IMG/VR virus record: IMGVR_UViG_3300047476_002078
Coordinates: 248,001 to 312,000 of that record
DNA: 64,000 bases
Direction: 5' to 3' (one strand)
Part shown: positions 55,559 to 64,000 of the stretch, piece after piece
Position numbering within the stretch: position 1 is the stretch's first letter
Layout of the letters: the number at the start of each line of letters is the position of its first letter
Program-made: the position numbers and the translations under genes
Notes under the pieces: model-generated
What the model was told of the DNA's origin: nothing
The model's database searches: none
What the model saw: the letters and a program-made list of their open reading frames with translations, nothing else

Positions 55559-57392
55559 ATTTTGTGATTTTAAATTTCCAATTTCCAGAATTCCATATTG
55601 AATAAATTCCTTTAGACGATAGAATTTGATCTGCGGTTAAATTGCTATTAAATGATTCTGGAAAAAATGATTTAATTTTATGTTTTTGAAATGCTTCTCT
55701 TGACCAACGTCTGCGAAAATTTGTGTAGAATAATCTCGGTCCTGTATCTTCTACTAACTCAAATCCGTTTTTAAAATACACTGTGTTTTCTGCTACTGGA
55801 GATAAGTCTCTATCGCAGTATGAAATTATTGTATGCCATTTAAGAGTCTTCATAGCGTGTTTTAAGAGCCTTGAAAAACCTCCTCTAACCGATGTTCCTA
55901 GTCGAGAAGAGAATCTACTGATCTCTAACCCTTCTGGATGATTACGAAAACTCATTGCACATTGTATTTCATCTTTTTCATCTACCAAAGCAAATTGAGC
56001 TATTGCTTGAGCCTTACCATAAACATGTGTTTCATCAAAAAACTTAGAACAATCTATTTCTTTTATTTTTAGTGATCTAGCATTTTTCTTATCTAATATT
56101 CCTAGCTCTGACTTAATAACTGATTGTATTTTTAAAAGACTCCAATCTTCCCAAAGATGAATTAACCTTATCCCTTCTTTGGTTGCGGATTGTGTCTTAT
56201 TTAAGTGATAATTTTTTTCAACGGGTTTACCCCATTGTAAAGAGTGGGTGCTGTGGTGATATAGGCTATCAATTTCAAAAGCTAATTTTTTACTTTCAAT
56301 ATAAATATCTATCTCAAACCATTTACCTGTTGATGTGTTTTTAATAACGTCTTTAGTATTACACTGAACATTGAATCCGAGAGACTCTATATATGAAGCT
56401 AATGCTATTTCAAGTTGTCCTCTTTTATTACCTACAAGCGGAAAGCATTTTCGACACCGTGGGGTCAAATAAAGGTCATCATAAAATTCTAACCCACAAT
56501 CTAAATGTTTTATTTTGTATTGTTTATATCCCTTAGTAAAACCGTCTTTGGTAAAGATTCCTTTGTATTCATCGAGTAGAGCATAATTAAAAAAATCAAG
56601 AGTTTTTAATACCTCTGCATATTTTTTATCAGTGATGGTAGCGACTCTTTTTTGTATAACTTCTTGATTTGAAAGAGGTGATTCACTTCCATACCGAACT
56701 TTATTAGTATTTTGAATTTTTGAACGAACTATATTTGAAGATGCTGCGTGAGCAGTTCCATATCTTTCAATATTTGTGTTTAATATTTTCTGTTTTACTT
56801 CAGGGTCTTGTTGAGCAAAATTAAAACCATAGCGACATAGGTTTGTCTCTTTTCTTTTTACAAGAGCCTCTTCAGATGTAGCAGAAACACTTTGAGAAAT
56901 TTTAACTCTTGAATCTACGAATTGAGCGACATTATCGACACAGTATTTTTCTTTTACTGTTATCTGAGTAGCTTTTTTAATTTCATCTGATTGTTGAGCG
57001 TACTCAACTCCATACAATTTCTTTGTAGTAGATCGCATTTTTTCGATTGCTAACTTTCTATTTTCTGATTCTTTGCGTAGCTCTAGGTTAAAAAGATTAA
57101 ATCTTTCTTTTATAGTATTAGGCTTGATACCAAGTTTAGAAGAAAGAGATTCAATACTTTCACCTGACTTATAATCATTATGGATATTTTCCCAGTATTC
57201 TTTATCATTTTTTGGGACAAGAGGTTTAAAAGAATTTCGAGGAAAGTAGTGGCTTTCAGAACTAAATCCTAAAGAACGCATACGGGAGTTAAAGGTTGCT
57301 TTTTTGTAACCTAATACAATCATAGCTTCTTCTTTGGAAATCTTTCCATGTGCATAATTAAGTAAGATTTGTGTTTCTTCAGGAGACATCAA
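55557..57392 (-). CDS. Hef-like homing endonuclease: HTH, T(N)..(R/K)YG repeats, PD-(D/E)XK domain and C-terminal Mom/GNAT-like domain
   Basis: TNIERYG-type repeats; EIDIYI..KKLAFEID..YHH; EISRF......VRGGFSRLL....IISYCDR....Y..NGF. Confidence 0.75.
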   Translation of the reverse strand: MMSPEETQILLNYAHGKISKEEAMIVLGYKKATFNSRMRSLGFSSESHYFPRNSFKPLVPKNDKEYWENIHNDYKSGESIESLSSKLGIKPNTIKERFNLFNLELRKESENRKLAIEKMRSTTKKLYGVEYAQQSDEIKKATQITVKEKYCVDNVAQFVDSRVKISQSVSATSEEALVKRKETNLCRYGFNFAQQDPEVKQKILNTNIERYGTAHAASSNIVRSKIQNTNKVRYGSESPLSNQEVIQKRVATITDKKYAEVLKTLDFFNYALLDEYKGIFTKDGFTKGYKQYKIKHLDCGLEFYDDLYLTPRCRKCFPLVGNKRGQLEIALASYIESLGFNVQCNTKDVIKNTSTGKWFEIDIYIESKKLAFEIDSLYHHSTHSLQWGKPVEKNYHLNKTQSATKEGIRLIHLWEDWSLLKIQSVIKSELGILDKKNARSLKIKEIDCSKFFDETHVYGKAQAIAQFALVDEKDEIQCAMSFRNHPEGLEISRFSSRLGTSVRGGFSRLLKHAMKTLKWHTIISYCDRDLSPVAENTVYFKNGFELVEDTGPRLFYTNFRRRWSREAFQKHKIKSFFPESFNSNLTADQILSSKGIYSIWNSGNWKFKITK

Positions 57393-57870
57393 GTCCTCCT
57401 TTAAGCTTTAGTAGAACCTCTTCAACAGTTAAATTTGGGTAATATTTTTCTTGAACGTATTTAAGCTTTTTAATATTTATATTTGTGGGCTTATTCTTAT
57501 AGTATGAATCATTTCTAAGTTGAGAAGACATACAACCACAGCTTTTAGTTGTTCCTTTAATAAGATACTGGCTCCTTACATCAACTACATTTCCGCAAAA
57601 ACATAAGCACGTCCAATAACCTCTACGAGATATTTTTTGTGTAGTTAAAAAACCAAATTTTTGATTCTCTTGAATTTTTCTTCGACCAGATAAAACTTTT
57701 TTTCTTAAACATCCGCAAGATTTTGTATTTTTTAACAAATATGTATTTTTTTCACAGATAGTTCCACAGTCACACATAACAAGCCAGTTACGGTTTTTCT
57801 TATCGTTTTCTAATTGGTCTATCACGACCATTGATCCAAACCTTTCTCCGATTAAACTTTTTCTTTTCAT
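57379..57870 (-). CDS. Protein of tandem HNH-associated Zn/DNA-binding repeats with no recognisable nuclease domain
   Basis: Two copies of (G).[RK]FG......W...C.CG.........TKSCGC. Confidence 0.65.
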   Translation of the reverse strand: MKRKSLIGERFGSMVVIDQLENDKKNRNWLVMCDCGTICEKNTYLLKNTKSCGCLRKKVLSGRRKIQENQKFGFLTTQKISRRGYWTCLCFCGNVVDVRSQYLIKGTTKSCGCMSSQLRNDSYYKNKPTNINIKKLKYVQEKYYPNLTVEEVLLKLKGGLDVS

Positions 57871-58691
57871 GATCTTTTAGGATAAGGTAAAGGTGTATAA
57901 TTTTTAAGGCTGTTTAATTTTAAAGACTCTTTTTTATTAGAGCCTAAAACAAGAATGTATTTTCCTTTAGGTGAGATTTGTATTTTTTCAGATTCTTTTA
58001 CGATAGAATTAATCCAATTTTTCCATGCTTTATTTACATCTTGTGGTATTTTAGAAAGGTCTTTAAAACCGTTTTCTTTTATCCAACTCGGTTCTATTTT
58101 GACATTATTCTCTTTCGCCCATTTTTTTAAAGTGGATGTTCGATAAAGAGACTGCTTTGAAAAAGGAGCACCTTTTTTAAATTTAGGATGAGTCAACATG
58201 TTTTTTGTTCCAAAATTACATCCTAGATAATCAAAATTGCAAGCTTGGTATATTGTTCCTATTTCATTGGCGGAAGAATCAGCATAAGCTACGAAAGCTC
58301 TTTTAGGTGTGGTTTTAACCATTTCTTTACATGAGAACATGATTAACCTGCTTCCGAGATTTTTTGGAGTCCATGAAGCACAAGCACCCCGCTGAATTAA
58401 GGCTTCATATTTTTTGGTATCTTTCCCCAAAACATTTGAATATGAGCTAGGTTCATTTATTAAAACCACTCCGCCGAGTAAATTGTTATACCTTGCTGTA
58501 AAAACCCATTTAGGTTTTGTTCCTATATTTCCTAACCATTCATAAGTTTTTATAAAATCTATAATTTCTGAATTTAATATTTCTTGCTTCAAAGAAAAGT
58601 CCGAAGCTTTTAAATTACTAGAGTCAAAATTTAGATTAACTAAATCAGCTTCTAACCTTTGCTCTCGGATAATTCTTTGATGGCATTTCAT
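57867..58691 (-). CDS. Mom-family (GNAT fold) DNA adenine-modifying enzyme
   Basis: FI..YEWLG, L.GVV, RGAC..W.PKN.GSRLI, VAYAD....EIGTIYQACNF.YLG. Confidence 0.75.
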   Translation of the reverse strand: MKCHQRIIREQRLEADLVNLNFDSSNLKASDFSLKQEILNSEIIDFIKTYEWLGNIGTKPKWVFTARYNNLLGGVVLINEPSSYSNVLGKDTKKYEALIQRGACASWTPKNLGSRLIMFSCKEMVKTTPKRAFVAYADSSANEIGTIYQACNFDYLGCNFGTKNMLTHPKFKKGAPFSKQSLYRTSTLKKWAKENNVKIEPSWIKENGFKDLSKIPQDVNKAWKNWINSIVKESEKIQISPKGKYILVLGSNKKESLKLNSLKNYTPLPYPKRS

Positions 58692-59590
58692 AGTAATTTA
58701 TATTTTAATGTTGGTATTATGTTTGGTTCAAGTATTTTACTAAGAATTAAGGCATTTATTCCTTGAAAATATATTCTTTTATTTCGAGTATAAGATTCAA
58801 TTTTCCACCGACTTTTGAACCACTTTATACAATTGTTTATATCTTCTTCAGAAAAACAATCTGTGCTTATTCCCAATAAATTTTCATTCTTGAAACCATC
58901 ATCTTGAAACCAAAAAGCTAAACCTCTGTCATCAAGACTATTAAGAACTTCTTCTGATACTATTTTTAATTTGTTTTTATAAAAAAGGCTGTGAATGTCA
59001 TTGAATATAGGATTTGTTTCTGTTCTAAAAGAAACACTTTGGTAGTTTTTGTTAGTTCTTTTGTCAAATCTTTCAAAAATTTTAGGAGGTTGTTGGACAA
59101 AGTTTTTAAGAATATTATATTTTAATTCCACATAGTCTTTTTGTTTTAAACCATGCTCTATTTTTAATCTACCTTTGTTTCTATGCAATTCAATACTAGC
59201 ATCACCCAACAAAGACCCTTTTATAAGCTGTTCCTGAATAGGGCTAATCCAATTAAGTAGTTCATTTTTTGAGTCTGAGATAACATCGCTTACTATTCGG
59301 AATCTAACTAAAGCTTTTTTTATAGCGTCAACATTGGTGTTTTTATTTGAAGCTATCTCTTCAATAGATTTATTGTTTTCTAAAAATTCTTTTATCAGAT
59401 AATGTTTTTGGAGAGACACTCCGTCTTGCCTTCTCAGAGTTATTTTTTCTTTTTTAAATATTTGATACAAAGTTGAAGTCGAAAGACCTACCTTGGAGGC
59501 TATTTCAGATACGGGAACGCCTTCAGAATACATTTTGATTATGGTTTCAAACATATTGAATTTACTAACATTACTATATTTTTGTGTCAA
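58688..59590 (-). CDS. LAGLIDADG homing endonuclease with N-terminal HTHs
   Basis: LIKGSLLGDASI and GLAFWFQDDG; ISTDCFS; N-terminal G..VSEIASKVGLS.STLY. Confidence 0.85.
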   Translation of the reverse strand: MTQKYSNVSKFNMFETIIKMYSEGVPVSEIASKVGLSTSTLYQIFKKEKITLRRQDGVSLQKHYLIKEFLENNKSIEEIASNKNTNVDAIKKALVRFRIVSDVISDSKNELLNWISPIQEQLIKGSLLGDASIELHRNKGRLKIEHGLKQKDYVELKYNILKNFVQQPPKIFERFDKRTNKNYQSVSFRTETNPIFNDIHSLFYKNKLKIVSEEVLNSLDDRGLAFWFQDDGFKNENLLGISTDCFSEEDINNCIKWFKSRWKIESYTRNKRIYFQGINALILSKILEPNIIPTLKYKLL

Positions 59591-59643
59591 TTTAATTATT
59601 TTAGCAACTATTCACTGAATAAACCTTTATTTTTTCATAATAA

Positions 59644-59985
59644 GTGAATCTTTTACATAAGGTAATCATGGACGATCTGCTTAAAGATTTTCAAGGAGGG
59701 GAATGGCGACCAAAGAATTTGGTTCAGCCTGCCTTGGCTAAAGCTTTGTTGTCGGAAATGTCAAAACTGAAAAAAACAGTAGATGTTTTAGAGAATCAAG
59801 ACTTGCCGAGTATTAAAAAGATGTTAGCTCGTCTTAATATGTATTTGGCGAAAGCGAATCAAGTTAAGTCGATAAACCATGTAGATTACTTAGTATTTAT
59901 TGCAAATGCGTTGATAGATATACAAGAAATTGTTGGATGGTATCAAAGAAATAAACAAATCCTTAAAGGGGGAAAAAATGGCTAA
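59644..59985 (+). CDS. Hypothetical protein
   Basis: Helical ORF resuming the plus-strand late genes. Confidence 0.5.
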   Translation: MNLLHKVIMDDLLKDFQGGEWRPKNLVQPALAKALLSEMSKLKKTVDVLENQDLPSIKKMLARLNMYLAKANQVKSINHVDYLVFIANALIDIQEIVGWYQRNKQILKGGKNG

Positions 59986-60256
59986 GGTTTTAACACACAC
60001 TGGAGAAGTTACAACTGCGAGTGGAGGATTTCAAGTAGGTCCTTTTACATCACCTATTTATCTTGGTTTTCTTGAAAAAAGAAACGGATTAGGTGGAGGT
60101 GTAGCAGTTGGTCAAGCAGGTCAAGATCAGTACCTTGCTTCAGGCAATTCTATTATCGTAGAAGAAACGTCTCAGTATCTTTTAGCAGTCGCTTCTGGCG
60201 GTGCTCTTGATAAGTTCGTTGTTATGGGACTTATTGAAATTTCTGATCCAGAATAA
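59978..60256 (+). CDS. Putative small virion protein
   Basis: GGGGG RBS before ATG 59978 (MAKVLTH); Gly-rich. Confidence 0.55.
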   Translation: MAKVLTHTGEVTTASGGFQVGPFTSPIYLGFLEKRNGLGGGVAVGQAGQDQYLASGNSIIVEETSQYLLAVASGGALDKFVVMGLIEISDPE

Positions 60257-60266
60257 ATTTAATTAA

Positions 60267-60290
60267 GGGCGGAGAAATAAATCTCCGCCC
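60267..60290 (+). terminator. GC-rich stem-loop (possible terminator or attenuator)
   Basis: gggcggaga-aataaa-tctccgccc; weak U-tract. Confidence 0.55.
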
Positions 60291-60310
60291 GAATTTAAAA
60301 GAGATTTAAA

Positions 60311-60547
60311 ATGAATGAATATAAAACATCTGATTTGTACTTCGCTGCTTATCTTCAAACGGCAGGATGTACTTTAAAAAGAACAGAAAAGACTGGAAAC
60401 AGAGTATTTTTTATTTTTGAGTATCAGCCTTTACTAGATGATTTAAAGCTTCAATACTTTAATGGAGAGGCAAAAGTTAAGGCTCAACCTTACGCCGCTT
60501 CAATAAAAAATTTGAAGTCTCTCACACATCAAGTAATGTCTGCTTAA
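60311..60547 (+). CDS. Small DUF5659-like phage protein
   Basis: YKTSDLYFAAYL...G........RVFFIF...YFNG...V. Confidence 0.6.
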   Translation: MNEYKTSDLYFAAYLQTAGCTLKRTEKTGNRVFFIFEYQPLLDDLKLQYFNGEAKVKAQPYAASIKNLKSLTHQVMSA

Positions 60548-60594
60548 TCCACAAATAATTTTCTTTTCTTGAGAAATTTTATTAAGGAAAGAAA

Positions 60595-61194
60595 ATGAAA
60601 ATTTTTAATATAGGGGATTATGCAGATTTCGTTTTTGAATCTAATGAAATAGTAACCGCTATTCAAATTAAAATATTCAATATAGTTGAACCTAAGCCAG
60701 CGTATGTACTAAGTAATTTGGAGCCTTTTGCTGATTTAGAAAATACTTCAATCACTTTATCCGTTAGCGGAGGTAGTGAAGAAACAGTTGTGTTTGATAA
60801 AAATTATCAAACTGCTTCAGATGTCGCTAATTTTATTAATTCTGAAATATACCCAAATTTTGACTTCACGGCAGTAGAAGACAAAGGAAGAATTAAAATC
60901 CAAAGTCTTTTGGAAGGCAGTCAATCAAATTTAATTATTTCATCTAACACCTCTTTGGGGTTTTCTGAAGGTATTTATTTTGGCGAAGATTTATCAAAAA
61001 ATGATTACTTAGGTGGGATAGAATTTTCTTCGATATTCAGCGGTCTTTATGCAGTTTCACTATACCTAGATTCTGAATTTTTTGTACCTAATGAAACTTA
61101 TTTTCTTTTAGTAGAACTTGAAAATTATAAGATAATAAAAGAATTTAAAGTAGTTAAAAAACAAACTTTTGCATCTGTTAATTTCGTTAGCTAA
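60595..61194 (+). CDS. Putative virion structural protein
   Basis: Beta-rich; TASDVA.FIN...G..S.L.I.....LGF module. Confidence 0.5.
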   Translation: MKIFNIGDYADFVFESNEIVTAIQIKIFNIVEPKPAYVLSNLEPFADLENTSITLSVSGGSEETVVFDKNYQTASDVANFINSEIYPNFDFTAVEDKGRIKIQSLLEGSQSNLIISSNTSLGFSEGIYFGEDLSKNDYLGGIEFSSIFSGLYAVSLYLDSEFFVPNETYFLLVELENYKIIKEFKVVKKQTFASVNFVS

Positions 61195-61203
61195 GGAGAT
61201 ACT

Positions 61204-62436
61204 GTGGTAGTTTTTGAAAGAGGTCAACAACTTACTAAAAACGATCTAAATATTTTTGTTAGAGATAACGAAGGAAATTTAATTGACCCTTTTTCTATTA
61301 CATACACTATTTACGATAGGACTGGTAGCAAGCCTGTTCTTGTAGGAGGTTCTTTAAATCAGATACCTAGTAGAGATTCTGTTGGTTACTATTGGGTAAA
61401 TGTTAGAATGGATGAAGGGGAAAATCTCGGTGAATACGAAATCCAATGGGATATACGTTTAGTAGAAAACGGAAACAGGGAGCAAGTAAATCAAAGGTTT
61501 TCTATTGTTAGAAAATCAACTCCTCTTCAGTTTCTTGCAAATACTGGAGGGGTAGCATATTACCCCGGACAAATACTTGGACCTCAAGAATTATACATTC
61601 AAGTTTTGAATGAACGTAATAACCCATTTGACCCAAAAGAAATTTATTATGCAGTATTCGACAGAACCACAGGATTGGACATTCTAGTTGGCGGTTTAAA
61701 AAACCAACCTGTAAGGCTTTCTACTGGTAAATATTATGCAAATTATACTGTTCCTCAAAATGCTCCAGTAGGGGATTATTCTATTCGATGGACTTTTATT
61801 GATGATGAAGGGAATCCTGCAAGAAACGTAGTGCAAGAATTTGCAGTAGTTAATCCATCAACTATTGTTAATAGCATTTACAATGAAAATGAAAGAACTA
61901 TGGTAAGAAGATTAAGATTCTTACTTCGTGATAATAACCCTGACAGAAACTACAGATTTGTACCGCCTGAACATGAAAAAGTTATTCAGAATTACACGGA
62001 AACTTTTGGGTTTATCTGGACTGACGAGGAATTATACGAATATTTATTGATGGCTGTTGATGCCGTCAATATGGCTCCACCTATAGAACAACACACATTA
62101 ACAAGTTTACCAAATTTTCTTCAAACTATCGTAACGGTAAAAGCAGCTTCTTTAGCTTTATCTGCATTAAGTATTAACTGGATTCACGACGAGTTTGATT
62201 ACAGTATTGGGGGAGTTTCTTTACAGATTGATAAGTCTTCTAAATATCAAGGTATGTCTGACAAATTTGAACAAGAGTATCAAACTTCTGTGGAGCGTTA
62301 CAAAGATTTTGGAGTCAAGATTGTTAAAGGTATCCAACAACCTAAATATGGAATTGGGGTATCGGCAGCACTTGGTCCCTTTTCTTCTCAGGGTGTTCAG
62401 AACAGAAGAAATTTTATTTCTTCCAATAGAGTTTAA
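61204..62436 (+). CDS. Neck/head-tail adaptor protein with two Ig-like repeats
   Basis: Two repeats of DP..I.Y..(Y/F)DRT...P.R...G.Y......G.Y.I.W, then LRFLLRDNNPD, WTDEEL..YL, FDYSIGGVSL. Confidence 0.6.
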   Translation: MVVFERGQQLTKNDLNIFVRDNEGNLIDPFSITYTIYDRTGSKPVLVGGSLNQIPSRDSVGYYWVNVRMDEGENLGEYEIQWDIRLVENGNREQVNQRFSIVRKSTPLQFLANTGGVAYYPGQILGPQELYIQVLNERNNPFDPKEIYYAVFDRTTGLDILVGGLKNQPVRLSTGKYYANYTVPQNAPVGDYSIRWTFIDDEGNPARNVVQEFAVVNPSTIVNSIYNENERTMVRRLRFLLRDNNPDRNYRFVPPEHEKVIQNYTETFGFIWTDEELYEYLLMAVDAVNMAPPIEQHTLTSLPNFLQTIVTVKAASLALSALSINWIHDEFDYSIGGVSLQIDKSSKYQGMSDKFEQEYQTSVERYKDFGVKIVKGIQQPKYGIGVSAALGPFSSQGVQNRRNFISSNRV

Positions 62437-62485
62437 CCTTTTAAGTTTGACTATAATAAATCAAGACTTTTAAGGAGTTAATTTT

Positions 62486-63277
62486 ATGCGTGAATACATT
62501 GCCACAAAATCATTTTATTCAGGTGAGCTAGACCAGTATGTTCAGAAAGACGAGCGAATCAAATTTGACGGCGTAAAAGCTGAATTCAGGGGTGAAGATA
62601 AAAAAGCCCCTTCATTGATGTCTGCAATCCGAGCAGGGATACTAAGCCCTGCACAGGTAACATCTTTGGGTAAATCAGAAGAAGACGCTTCAATTCCCCA
62701 AGAATCTGCTTCTGAAAGAGCAAAAAAAGCTAAAGAGGCTAGATTAATGCAAATTAGAGGTTCCGCTGGGAATGGTCAATTTCTTGAAGATACTGAAATG
62801 AAAAAAGTGGATAAAAGAATTGTTAAATCCACTGTAGATGAAAAAGAGACGGAAATTAAAAAAGACAAAAAAGTAGAAAGACCTATCGTTCAAGAAACAG
62901 AAGGGGTTGAGGTTGCTAAAGTAACTAAAAACGCTGTTGTGGAAGATGAACATCCTAAATCTTTTTATGAAAATTTGATGGAAGGTCAAACTAAAAAATT
63001 AGAAGTAGCTAAAGATCAGTTTGTTCCAAAGGTAATCAAAAAAGACTCTCAAGACGACGCTATTGAAGTTAAAAGCTTAGTTGATTCAGAAATGACTGCT
63101 TCTAAAGACCCTTTAAAAAATTGGTCTAGCTTAAATGCGAAGAAAAAAGCGACATTTATCAAAAATGCTTCCGATAGTGCAGTAATCAAACAGATTATTA
63201 GTAAAGAGTCTGGCTCTATTAAACGTAAAGCAGAAGAAAAATTGGCAGAGATAAATGGCGATAAAGGGTTACGATAA
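62486..63277 (+). CDS. Hypothetical charged protein
   Basis: AAGGAG RBS. Confidence 0.65.
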   Translation: MREYIATKSFYSGELDQYVQKDERIKFDGVKAEFRGEDKKAPSLMSAIRAGILSPAQVTSLGKSEEDASIPQESASERAKKAKEARLMQIRGSAGNGQFLEDTEMKKVDKRIVKSTVDEKETEIKKDKKVERPIVQETEGVEVAKVTKNAVVEDEHPKSFYENLMEGQTKKLEVAKDQFVPKVIKKDSQDDAIEVKSLVDSEMTASKDPLKNWSSLNAKKKATFIKNASDSAVIKQIISKESGSIKRKAEEKLAEINGDKGLR

Positions 63278-64000
63278 TATTTATGATTTTAGAACTCCAG
63301 AAGAGATGGCAAAACCGGGCGACACGGTTTTGCAACCTTCTGAGAAACTTCTAGTTCCGTATTTTAATAAACCGAGTCTTTCAGATGTTCCGGGCGAATA
63401 CGAGAAACTGTTAGAGCAAAAAAACCAAATCGACCCAGAGACAGAAGCTCAATTTCCTAATATGTCTTTAGATTCAGAAAAGCCAAATACTCCACCCAGA
63501 AAAGCCTATTTGAGTGATTTAACTCCTTCTTCTGAGCAGGATAAAGAAGAAATCAAAGAAGATGTTTTTTCAGGAAATTGGGATAGCGGTATTGAGGTTC
63601 AGACTACTCCCGACCCATACATTGAAAAAATAGCTAGATCAATACTTGCAGAGTACAGGCTTGAAAAAAATCCAGTAGAGCTAGATTTAAGTGAAAACAT
63701 AAAGGTAGCTTGGACTTTAGATGAGTTGTTTGATGCCACTAGCAAATTTTCTTTAAAATATAAGGGAAGTTGTAGTGCCTCCCCTAAAAGGATAAGAAAT
63801 AAAATTTTCAGATATGACTTTCATGTTATTTGTGGGGAATCTTGGTCTAACCCTACAGGTCACATAGTAAAACTTAAATTTTTGCCTAAAGGTAATCAGA
63901 AAAAAGCAGTTAGTTCAAAAGTTTTAATTTCTTGCTCATGCGAGTTTTGGCAATTTTATGGTTGTGATTGGAATAGCTTAAAAAAAGACTATAACGAAAG
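63255..64000 (+). CDS. Truncated protein with a SWIM-like CSC motif (runs off right edge)
   Basis: Not in the ORF track; MAIKGYDNIYDFRTPEEMAKPGD...EKIARS...VLISCSCEFWQFYGCDW, open to the edge. Confidence 0.7.
   Translation, partial: MAIKGYDNIYDFRTPEEMAKPGDTVLQPSEKLLVPYFNKPSLSDVPGEYEKLLEQKNQIDPETEAQFPNMSLDSEKPNTPPRKAYLSDLTPSSEQDKEEIKEDVFSGNWDSGIEVQTTPDPYIEKIARSILAEYRLEKNPVELDLSENIKVAWTLDELFDATSKFSLKYKGSCSASPKRIRNKIFRYDFHVICGESWSNPTGHIVKLKFLPKGNQKKAVSSKVLISCSCEFWQFYGCDWNSLKKDYNE

Larger units (their letters stand above)
55557..59590 (-). mobile_element. Antisense four-gene nuclease/DNA-modification cassette inserted in the late operon
   Basis: Four overlapping minus-strand ORFs between the capsid terminator and downstream plus-strand virion genes. 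Confidence 0.55.

Noticed and set aside
1-64000. Bacterial chromosome or prophage origin, alternative genetic code, or tRNA genes
   Set aside because: Host-like genes are interleaved with capsid/tail genes and there are no housekeeping operons or integrase; the standard code gives dense, full-length ORFs; no cloverleaf was recognised.

Overview
This window comes from a large, AT-rich (roughly 30% GC by eye), tailed dsDNA phage, probably a jumbo phage. No rRNA, tRNA, CRISPR array or integrase is visible. The left edge (1-323, minus strand) is a truncated tail/baseplate-type gene. A divergent AT-rich non-coding gap (1038-1718) holds an exact 75-bp direct repeat. A ~30-kb plus-strand replication, recombination and host-takeover module follows: HExxH metallopeptidase, DksA, clamp-loader delta'/delta-like genes, NrdAB, LigA, RecD2, HU, Lon, putative SSB, RuvC, RecA, a split SbcC with SbcD, an Fe-S PD-(D/E)XK nuclease, ClpX, NfuA and (on the minus strand) UvrD. 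Two accessory islands interrupt it, together holding three paralogous unknown proteins and three paralogous 2OG-Fe(II) oxygenases. A virion module then encodes fibre/spike proteins, K-x-A-motif head proteins, prohead protease, scaffold, decoration proteins, major capsid and neck proteins. An antisense four-gene nuclease plus Mom/GNAT cassette is inserted directly after the capsid gene. The most notable unexplained signals are: (i) a palindromic TTTAC-S-GTAAA box placed in sigma70 promoter spacers across the replication/repair genes; (ii) three AAGGAA-capped, CsrA/RsmA-type hairpins in front of ruvC-recA; (iii) the repeated unknown-protein + 2OG-oxygenase islands; and (iv) the nuclease/Mom cassette. 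Lon, NfuA and DksA look Bdellovibrionota/Myxococcota-like, which hints at the host (inference only). All calls come from motif recognition by eye; no database searches were run.
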